Below, piece by piece: positions 31,374 to 39,804 of a stretch of 64,000 nucleotides of DNA. The stretch is from Terriglobia bacterium. GTDB taxonomy: Bacteria; Acidobacteriota; Terriglobia; 20CM-2-55-15. The first letter of the stretch is position 1, and each line of letters opens with the position of its first letter. The position numbers were made by a program, and so were the translations under genes. Location of the stretch: NCBI GenBank assembly GCA_963664115.2, contig CAXWPJ010000012.1, forward strand, positions 1-64,000, given 5' to 3'. The notes below the pieces were generated by a model. That model did no database searches. It was not told the origin of the DNA and worked only from the letters and a program-made list of their open reading frames with translations.

Positions 31374-33569
31374 ATGATTCCTTGCAAGCCCCGGTCATCG
31401 ATTTTCGCTCGGAAAACGGCAGTGCTCACTATCTTTGCATTCTTGGCGACGATAGGAATTTTCACCGCTGGCGGGAGCCCGCAGCGATTGGAGCGAACAC
31501 AAACTTTTGGAACAGACCGCCTCCTATCCTTGGAGACTCTGCCGCAAGCGAATGGGGCGTTCTACCCTTCGGTTCCGGTCGGCGCATCCATAAACCTGTC
31601 GGCGGCGTTCGAGCAATCGGCGGTGCCAGCAGGCGAGGAGACGGCTTCCCGGGATCCGCTCCGGGTGATCCGCGATCCTTACCCCAGCTTCAGCTCGGTG
31701 GTGGTCGACATGGAGCGCGGTGAAGTGGTGGCGGGCGACGAGAACCTGTTCCAAGTCCTGGTGTACGACCGGCTTTCGAACACTCCGCCCCAGGCGACGC
31801 TGACCGAACCTCGTCGAGTGATTGCGGGTGATCAGACGGGACTCGAATTTGTTTGCGGCATGCACATGGATCAGTCCACGGGAGATATTTACGTCATTAA
31901 CGCCGATACTGCGGCGCAGATGCAAGTGTTTACCCGCTCACAGGAGGGCAATGTGCCGCCCTCGCGAGTGCTGAACACCGGCCACCGGATCAGAGGACGC
32001 GGCATCGCCGTCGATTCGGACAACAGAGAACTCTTCCTTGCCAGCCAGCACAACGCCGCGCTTGCGGTTTTCCGCCTCGATGCCGAGGAGAACGAACTGC
32101 CGATCCGCCTGCTCCAGGGCGACCGAACGCGACTGGCCAACCCTCATGGGATTGCTTTCGACAGCCAGAATGGCCTGGTCTACGTCAGCAACCATGGACA
32201 GGTATCGAGTCGGCCGGTGCGGGAGGCGGTGGAAGACCGGGACGACGTGCAGCCCAACGTCCCCCTGCCAAGAAGTATGGCGTTGCCGGGATCAGGCCGG
32301 TTCCTGCCGCCGTCGATCAACGTGTATCGCCGTACCGCCAGCGGCAACACACCGCCGCTGCGCGTGATCGAAGGACCCAGGACGCAGTTGAATTGGCCTG
32401 CGGGAGTTGCGATCGACGAGCGCCGAGGCGAGCTCTATGTCGCCAACGACACCGGTAATTCGGTGCTGGTGTTCCGCGCGGATGCATCGGGCGACGTGGC
32501 GCCTATCCGCGTGATCGAGGGACCCAACACTAAATTGGATGCCCCCGGGGGCGTGTTCCTGGATACCCGGAACAACGAACTTTGGGTCTCCAACTACGGG
32601 AATCACTCGCTGACCGTTTTCGCTCTCACAGCGGACGGCGACACCGCACCGCTCCGGCTGATCAGAAGCGGACCGGCCGACAGCCCGGCGCTGATGATCG
32701 GCAATCCGGGCGCTGTGGCCTATGACACAAAACGGGAAGAGATTCTGGTACCCAACTGAGTGGCCCATCCGCAGATTGCGGTATTCGCCAGGCTGGCGGA
32801 GGGCACAGATGGAATGACTCGAAGGATTGAGGGACAGCAGACTTTGCTGACCCGGACCATGCACGCGATCCACTACAACGAAGTTCGTGACGAGATCGTG
32901 GCGCCAAATCAGTTTGCGCAGGCCATCCTGACCTTCCGCGCCTCGGCCGTTGGGGAGGAACCGCCGATCCGTGTCATACAGGGCGATCGCACCCAGCTGG
33001 AAGGGTCGTCGGGCGTCGTAATCGACACCAAACACAACGAGATTATTACGGAGCGCAAAGTCTTCCCGATTGACGCGGACGGCAACGTCCCGCCGAGCCG
33101 AACGCTCGAGTACTCGGTCAGTGCCGTCGACATGGACAACGATCTTTACATCGGCACGCGCGGACGTGACGGCGGAACCCAGCTCATGATCTTTGACCGC
33201 AACTCTGACAGTGCCGAACCGCTGCGGGTCATCAGCGGACCGAGAACGATGTTGGTCAATCCGAGGAGGATTCGAGTCCACAATGGCTGGATCCTGGTCG
33301 CGCACGACGGGATCCAGACTGACAATCCAAACAACCTGTCTTTTGTCGGGATCTGGAGCGTCAACGACGAAGGCAACGTCCCGCCCCGCTGGACTTATGG
33401 TGGACCCAACGAGATGCTCGATAAGCCCCGCGGTGTCGATGTCGACCCGAAGCATCAAACAATCATCGTGACTGACAAGACGTTGAACGCTGTGTTGACG
33501 TACTATGCGCCGGAGATTTTCGGAGAACCCGGAACCGGGAGCCGGCGGGTTGAAGAGCCGGCGGATTGA
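31374..33569 (+). CDS. Secreted beta-propeller, paralogue B; in-frame TGA at 32757-32759, putative selenocysteine
   Basis: GGAG RBS then ATG 31374; ORF continues in frame after TGA (VPN*VAHPQ); colinear with paralogue A. Confidence 0.7.
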
Positions 33570-34168
33570 TCAGAGCACGCCGACCGCGAGTCGGCATTGG
33601 TGCCCGTGGAGGTTCTCTGGCGGGCTTGAGCGATTGCCAGCAATATGAAGTGTCCGGTCCTCGAGGATCCCCCGACTGGATCAGGAGGCCGTCGAAATGG
33701 TTCGCTCGTACACCTCCACGTAACGCGTGACGATCTTCACGCGACAGAATTTCACAATGCGCGTGCCCGCGGCCCGCCCCATGCCCAAGCGCAGTTCCCT
33801 GTCGCCCAACAGAGGATCCACAGCTGCCTGTATTATTTAACGTCAGTTTTGTATCGGAGATGGTCCGGCACCGACAGTGACAAAAAATGATGCCGGGGCA
33901 TGTCGGATAGAATGGTTTGAAGTGAGGCGCAGGCGCGGCCGGGAACGAGAAGACCTATGGGTTTTCAATCCATGGATTGGAGGCTGAATCGGGGAGACGC
34001 AGTGATGGTGGGGGGTGGTTGTAGCGGAAAATCACTGTCGATCGCCCGAGTGGGGTGGGTTGGATATAGCGAAAGGGCACTTGAGCACGCGTGTTTTTGG
34101 CGTCTGGACACACTTCGGCGATGCAGTCTGGACGACCGCGTTGGGCTGGAATTGTTGAGTGTCGATGG

Positions 34169-35353
34169 CTACGCACTATCCTGAATTGGAACCTCCTTTG
34201 ATTCGAGAGCGGCGAGCTGTGCCGCGGTTAATCGCTCGACCAGACGCATCGGTCCCCGGCAGATCGGACACGGTGCCGGTGGGGTAGCACCCGCCTCGGA
34301 CTCCGGCTCGGTGATGGACTCCTGACCTAAGAGGTGCCGACAGAGTTCCAGCATCGTCTTGCGTTTCCGATTTGCCATCCATCCGTAGTACCGGATGCGG
34401 GGAAAGCCTTTCGGTAAGACATGCAGGAGGAATCGACGGAGGAACTCTTCGGGTTGGAGTGTCATTGTTCGTGGACGGCCATTGTGGCGATAGTCCTTCC
34501 AGCGGAATGTAACGCCGGATTGGTTGACATCGAGGATGCGATGATTCGAGATGGCCACCCGATGGGTATAGCGGGCCAGGTACTGAAGGACGTGTTGGGG
34601 TCCGCCGAATGGTTCTTTGGCGTACACCACCCAGTTCCGATCCTTCAGATCGTCGAGGAACCGCTCGAAGGTGGATTCGGTGGCCAGTTCCAGACACTCC
34701 CCATGGAAAACGAGCGTCTTGTTTCCGAAGGCTTCGGCTAAACCGTCGAGAAACTTTTCTCTGAAAACGTAGCTGAGCTTCTGGACCGGGAGGAAGAAGT
34801 CGGTCCGGGAGGAGTGGATCCACCGGTCGTGATCCGGGGACAGTCCGCCACCGGGAACCACACAGTGGATATGGGGATGGCGTTGCAGGGTTTGTCCCCA
34901 GGTATGCAGGATGCTGAGGAATCCGATCTCGCCGCCCAGATACCTGGGGTTTCGGGCCACTTCGATCAGCGCCGCCGCACTGGTTCGGAACAGAAGCGCA
35001 TAGAGCACCTTCTTGTTCTGCCAGATCAATGGGATCAACTGATGGGGCAGGCTGAAGACCAGATGGAAGTATCCGATCGGTAGCAGTTCCTGTTGCCGTT
35101 TCTCGACCCAGGTGTTCCGCGCATTGGTCTGGCACTTCGGGCAGTGGCGGTTCCGGCACGAGTGGTAGACCAGCGTTTGGTGGCCACAGTGGTCGCATCG
35201 TTTCCGGTTCCCGCCCAGTGCGGCGGTCCGGCAATGGGTAATCGCGTTGAGGACCTTGACCTGGGGCCAGGCCAGCGCTTTCAAATACCGTTGTCGGAAT
35301 CGGTCTCCGACGATGCGAATCACGTCAGCCACCTCAAAGGGTGGCCGGCTCAC
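34169..35353 (-). CDS. IS91-family transposase
   Basis: Protein identical to 133-1317. Confidence 0.92.
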   Translation of the reverse strand: MSRPPFEVADVIRIVGDRFRQRYLKALAWPQVKVLNAITHCRTAALGGNRKRCDHCGHQTLVYHSCRNRHCPKCQTNARNTWVEKRQQELLPIGYFHLVFSLPHQLIPLIWQNKKVLYALLFRTSAAALIEVARNPRYLGGEIGFLSILHTWGQTLQRHPHIHCVVPGGGLSPDHDRWIHSSRTDFFLPVQKLSYVFREKFLDGLAEAFGNKTLVFHGECLELATESTFERFLDDLKDRNWVVYAKEPFGGPQHVLQYLARYTHRVAISNHRILDVNQSGVTFRWKDYRHNGRPRTMTLQPEEFLRRFLLHVLPKGFPRIRYYGWMANRKRKTMLELCRHLLGQESITEPESEAGATPPAPCPICRGPMRLVERLTAAQLAALESKEVPIQDSA

Positions 35354-36231
35354 TTCTTTGGATCCTTAACCACAGGTGAAAGCTTCAACTGATCCAGAGG
35401 ATTGCGCGCGGTTCGAAGATGGCGCCGGGACAGTTGCAGGTAGAGCGTGGTATCGCTGAGCCGACTGTGTCCCATCAAGAGCTGGATCGTGCGCAAGTCG
35501 GTCCCGGACTCTAGCAGGTGGGTCGCGAAGCTGTGCCGTAGCGTGTGCGGACCGATCCTCTGGGTCAGACCCGCACGCTGGGCGGCCCCATGAACGGCAT
35601 GCCAGACCACCTTGTCCGAGATCGGAGCATCCGTGCCCCGGTGTCCTGCACTGCTGTGAAACAGATAGACCTCGGGCTTTTTCAATAACCAGTACCCCCG
35701 TAACGCTTCAAGCAGATTGCGACTCAACGGGACATCCCGGTCCCGACGCCCTTTCCCGTCGCGGATATGCACCAGCATCCGTTCACTGTCGATGTCGGCC
35801 ACCTTCAACACGGCGGCTTCGGCCCGTCGCATCCCGGTCCCGTAGAGCACCATCAGGATGGCCCGGTGCATCGGACTCAATGCGGCTTGGATCAACCGGC
35901 GGACTTCAGACGGACCCAGGATCGTGGGTAGTTTCCGCGCACTCTTGGGCATGGGCAGATCATCCAGTTCCAGATCCGCACGTCGCAGCAGCACCTTCTT
36001 GTAAAGGAATCGTATCGCCGAGGTCCGCATCCCGACCGTACTCGCCGCCAGCTTCTTTTCGGTCAGTAAGTACAGCTGAAAACGCCGTACCTCCTCGGCT
36101 CCCATCAAGGCCGGAGACTTGCCGAAGTAATTCGCGAATTGTTCGACTGCCAGAATGTAGCCACGACTCGTGGCCGGGGAATAGTTCCGTCGCTGGAGTT
36201 CCTCCAGCATCCGTTCTCGTAGTTGGGTCAT
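35350..36231 (-). CDS. Tyrosine recombinase with N-terminal SAM-like domain
   Basis: YGTGMR, GKG, HTLRHSFATHL, GH, catalytic Y. Confidence 0.92.
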   Translation of the reverse strand: MTQLRERMLEELQRRNYSPATSRGYILAVEQFANYFGKSPALMGAEEVRRFQLYLLTEKKLAASTVGMRTSAIRFLYKKVLLRRADLELDDLPMPKSARKLPTILGPSEVRRLIQAALSPMHRAILMVLYGTGMRRAEAAVLKVADIDSERMLVHIRDGKGRRDRDVPLSRNLLEALRGYWLLKKPEVYLFHSSAGHRGTDAPISDKVVWHAVHGAAQRAGLTQRIGPHTLRHSFATHLLESGTDLRTIQLLMGHSRLSDTTLYLQLSRRHLRTARNPLDQLKLSPVVKDPKK

Positions 36232-36427
36232 AAGACACCTCCTTATGACCGCTACTTTATGGGACAGACTCTATCTGCTGTACGCCGACTCCGAGCGCCT
36301 GCGGCTTAGTTCTAACCCCCTAACCGGAATAGTGGCTCTTGCTCAAGGACCCAGTCGCCTTTTGGGGAACCTGAAATGATCCGGGCAACGGTTACTCCCG
36401 AAAAACGCCGTTTCGTTTACCGATCCG

Positions 36428-36461
36428 ATCTCAACAGCCCAGAATTCGGCTTCTGTCAACC
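36428..36461 (+). repeat. Variant dif-like site with XerD-like second arm
   Basis: ATCTCAACAGCCCAGAA-TTCGGC-TTCTGTCAACC. Confidence 0.4.
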
Positions 36462-36534
36462 AGCCCTAGCTTTAGAACGAGTGGGTTGGAAGCAATAATT
36501 GGAAGCATCCAGATCAAACGCGCCATGCCGAAAG

Positions 36535-36574
36535 ATCTCAACGTCCGAGAAGATGATTTGTCAGGATTTGAGAA
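36535..36574 (-). repeat. dif-like site S6 (intact)
   Basis: ATCTCAACGTCCGAGAA-GATGAT-TTGTCAGGATTTGAGAA. Confidence 0.82.
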
Positions 36575-36607
36575 TGGATATCAAGGCTGTTGAGGCTAGA
36601 AACTTGT

Positions 36608-37150
36608 CTACGGGACCGGCACCCGCTCCTTCAGTTCTTCAAACGAGTTCAGGACGATGTTGATTTGAGGGCGGGCGGTCTCGGTTTGTTCAGTGGGAAT
36701 GGTAATCAGGAATCGCTGGCCGTCTGGCATGACGTCGTACTGTCGACCAAGCATGATAATCGAAATCGGAAGAACTTGGGGATTACTGAATTCGAACGCT
36801 GGCGTCGTACGGACAGCAACCGCAACTAGCTCAGAACCCCTCCGATAGAATAACTCCGTTCCATCCCTAGACCAGATTGGATCGTCGGCTCCGCCGCGTG
36901 AAATCTGATGGATTCCTCCAGCCAGCGGAAATGGCTGGACAAATATCTCCTCACCAGCCCCTTGGTTTCCGCCTCTTGCAGATTCGTAGGCCACCCACTG
37001 CCCTGCTGGTGAAAACGCGGCAACGTCTGATCCCTCTTCAGCTATAAGGACCTCGGTCGTGTCGTCGTCCAGATGCAATATCTCGATATGATTTAGGGTA
37101 CTGAGCGCAAGATCCTGACCATCGGGGGTCCATGAGGTCGGGATGCCATT
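36608..37150 (-). pseudogene. 3' remnant of kinase-TolB gene
   Basis: FSPAGQWVAY...PIWSRDGTELFY...INIVLNSFEELKERVPVP*; no kinase domain upstream. Confidence 0.78.
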
Positions 37151-37353
37151 TACTTCTGCTGTCGTTAAGCGTTTCGGTGCACAGATCGTGAAACTGGATT
37201 GGAACGGCGTGGTCCTGGGGGTGCTGGGAGAATTCGGGCGAAGGCCTGGGCGAGTTTGGCGAAGCCCACTATCTGACCGTGGACAGCCAGCAGAGTATCT
37301 AAGCGGCCGACGTGGTCAACCGCCGGGTCCAAAAATTTCTTCGGCGCTGACTC

Positions 37354-37740
37354 CTAAGGTATCGGCGCGCCGTCCCCTCGCGTGACCCCGCTCCCCGGGC
37401 CGCGAAGATTAACAGCGTATCCGTTGTTGGCCGGGTGGCCTTTCACGACAAGCTCTTCGCCAGGGGTGAAGGTCTCGGGCGAGAAGCCCAGCCGGCGCAT
37501 AGAGGCCACCCCGGACGCGCCGAAGGTGACCGTCCATATCGATCTCTGGCCGTCCTCCTCTCCGGCGATCTCCACGCGAAGGATAGGGTGCGGGTTCACG
37601 AAGTACCATTCGGTGACGGCGCCCCGCATCTCGACCACGCGCGTCTCGTCGAAGAGGTTGCGTTCGCTGTGGTGAGCCGCCCCGGGAAGGGTCAGCACAA
37701 ACATCAACGCTGCTGCTGCGACTGCCGCATCGACTTTCAT
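37354..37740 (-). CDS. DUF6152-like secreted protein
   Basis: Signal peptide then AHHS...FD...G.VTE...NPH. Confidence 0.75.
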   Translation of the reverse strand: MKVDAAVAAAALMFVLTLPGAAHHSERNLFDETRVVEMRGAVTEWYFVNPHPILRVEIAGEEDGQRSIWTVTFGASGVASMRRLGFSPETFTPGEELVVKGHPANNGYAVNLRGPGSGVTRGDGAPIP

Positions 37741-37779
37741 AGCTCTACCTCCTTGGAACCGGCGGCATACCGGTTCCGC

Positions 37780-38568
37780 CTATCTTTCGCGAACAACCGG
37801 TGGATCCTCCGGGTACTTCGAGGGGAAGACCGAGAGGATCTCCTGCGCGGCCTCGGAATTGCAATTCCAGGGCAGGGTCAGGGGATTATCGCTCCGCTCG
37901 GACTCGACAACGAACTCGATAGGCTCCACGAGGAAGACAGGATCTTCAGTTCTCACCTCGCGCCGCAGCCTGTCCCCATCTAGTGAGTAACGCTCCGTAA
38001 CGCGTTTCTGCGTCGACGACGGTACGTTGAAATCGCTATCGAGCCCTGCCGGATCGAACGCAAACCGCGTCGTCTCGACGATGAGCTGATTTCTCTCATA
38101 CCGCCCGGTCGAATATCCGGACGTAAAGAACTCGTTAACGCGCGGCTCCGGATGAGCGTGGCCTTCCAGCCAGACCGTACGCACGACGTCGTCCTTCTCA
38201 TAGGTCAGAATCACGCGGTCCGCCAGTTGACGGATCTCGAAAAGGTACGGGTCGGTAAACAGGTGCGGGATGGGCGTGGGCCAACAATCATATTTCGGAG
38301 CTGCAACCTCGTCGAACGCGGCCCGGAAAGCCTTCGCTCGGGCCGTCAGCGCGGGGTGATCGGGCCCAACGGAAGTGCATTGGTTCGGCCCGACACACAG
38401 CCCACGGTTCCAGACCCCGTCCAGCCCGGAAATTGCAGAGGAGCGCTCCTGTGACAGTCCCGGCCCGGGAGCCCCCAGAAGTGTCAGCAGAAACAGACAG
38501 AGCGCAATAGCAAGTCGCTTGGGCATCGGGCACCTCTTGGATCCAATTTCCTCAGGCGAGGATGCCAT
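37780..38568 (-). CDS. Secreted hypothetical protein, paralogue of 61366-62253
   Basis: LDGVW, C.P, GYSTGRYE...LIVET, VTERY, EDP motifs shared with that ORF. Confidence 0.75.
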   Translation of the reverse strand: MASSPEEIGSKRCPMPKRLAIALCLFLLTLLGAPGPGLSQERSSAISGLDGVWNRGLCVGPNQCTSVGPDHPALTARAKAFRAAFDEVAAPKYDCWPTPIPHLFTDPYLFEIRQLADRVILTYEKDDVVRTVWLEGHAHPEPRVNEFFTSGYSTGRYERNQLIVETTRFAFDPAGLDSDFNVPSSTQKRVTERYSLDGDRLRREVRTEDPVFLVEPIEFVVESERSDNPLTLPWNCNSEAAQEILSVFPSKYPEDPPVVRER

Positions 38569-38735
38569 AACCCTACCCGAACTTTCAAAGAATATAAAAC
38601 TGCAGTACCTACTTCGCCTTGATCTCGGACGCGATCTTGACGCCTTTTTCCGGGATTCTCTGCCAGGGCGGCTTGGGTCCCCAGAAAATCACCGTCATCA
38701 GGTAGAGCAGCCATCGGGCCAGCCAGGACCGGGAG

Positions 38736-38998
38736 GGCACTGTCAAGTTAAGTGGCGCAATGCAGACGGATGCGATCGGTGTCGGCCCAACCGAAACGGA
38801 TTCTGAATCACTCCATGAATGTGCAGGAATCGCTGGGCCTGCTCTGCTGATTTGAAGCGTCGTATCAGTCAGTCGTTTCCTCCCCCGCGTCGGCTGATGC
38901 GAGACCTCGGCTCGATTGTTTGCGTATCGGTTGGTGTCATGCGTCACAGTGGGCATGACTTCTCGATGCGCGACACGGTAACTTCCCAGCTTGTCGGT
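38736..38998 (-). pseudogene. IS6-family transposase remnant with terminal IR
   Basis: TDKLGSYRVAHREVMP...NNRAEVSHQPTR; IR GGCACTGTCAAGTTAAG. Confidence 0.8.
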
Positions 38999-39123
38999 GC
39001 ACTCACAGGAGTATCTGAACCAGGTTGCGCGCCAGATCAACGAACGGCCCCGCAAGACGCTGGACTTCGCTAATCCGGCAGAAACCTTAAACGCAGGTGT
39101 TGCATCGACCGGTTGATCCGAAT
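38990..39123 (+). pseudogene. IS30 3'-end remnant followed by half dif-like site S7 (39128-39144)
   Basis: LSVHSQEYL...RPRKTLDFANPAETLNAGVASTG*, IR, then CACA-TTGTTGGACACTGAGAA. Confidence 0.8.
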
Positions 39124-39340
39124 CACATTGTTGGACACTGAGAATTAAATTGGTTCAATCAGGTCTGTTCAGTCGAGGTTTACTTGCAGTTGGGGTACTT
39201 AGCGGTCTCCAGGTCCATAAAGTCCACCATGCGTCTCTGCGGGTGACTTTCTGGTGAGTCCAGCCGGACGGGATTGCAGCAACGGGGTACAGCAGAGCAA
39301 TCCGGGCTCGGTTGTTTCCGCTCCGGGTATCGAATTGTAT

Positions 39341-39619
39341 CTAAGCTGAGGTGGCAGTCGTGGGAGCAGGCGCCATGACGTTATAGATCCAGGCAAGGAT
39401 CAAGCCTCCTATGAAGCCATCCGCAAAACCGTATAGGGTTCCGATGATCACCTGCCCGAACGATGAGGTGGCAGCATAACCCGGGTACACCGACGCAAGC
39501 AGTTCGAGGAAGGCGCTGCCGTAATCGAGCCAGATCAAATTGGCTATGCCCACGAAGAGGATGGCCCCTCCCCAAGCGATTCCGAACGTAAACCCCAAAG
39601 CCTTGTTATCGAGTCTCAT
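39341..39619 (-). CDS. Small membrane hypothetical protein
   Basis: 92 aa, two hydrophobic helices, GGAGGAG RBS. Confidence 0.75.
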   Translation of the reverse strand: MRLDNKALGFTFGIAWGGAILFVGIANLIWLDYGSAFLELLASVYPGYAATSSFGQVIIGTLYGFADGFIGGLILAWIYNVMAPAPTTATSA

Positions 39620-39804
39620 TGCTCCTCCTGATTAAATCAGCAACTTCACGTCACGAATTCCTTCTTTCGGATTTCCTACTCTCGAAATTACGGCACCCTC
39701 ACCTGCGTTGCAACACTGTTCGTATCCTCTCACCGAACAAAGTGTGGAGCATGAGTCGCTGGAACGGCCGCAATACCTCCCATCGCGTCCGCCGTAACGC
39801 TTCA

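Larger units (their letters stand above)
33838..36316 (-). mobile_element. IS91-like element with tyrosine recombinase, copy 2 (complete, ~2.48 kb)
   Basis: Inverted copy of 1-1648; GTTA (minus strand) at both ends; the 36316 boundary is inferred. Confidence 0.8.

Noticed and set aside
24995-33569. Alternative genetic code (TGA=Trp/Gly) or sequencing error explaining the in-frame TGAs
   Set aside because: TGA terminates normal genes here (ndk, fbaB, ino1), and the same error at the same codon in two diverged paralogues is implausible
35350-36231. Integron integrase with an attC cassette array
   Set aside because: It is coupled to an IS91-like transposase, lacks an obvious IntI-specific insertion, and no RYYYAAC...GTTRRRY array was seen
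4326-39144. The 40-bp repeats as a CRISPR array
   Set aside because: They are dispersed over kilobases in mixed orientations with genes between them, and there are no cas genes
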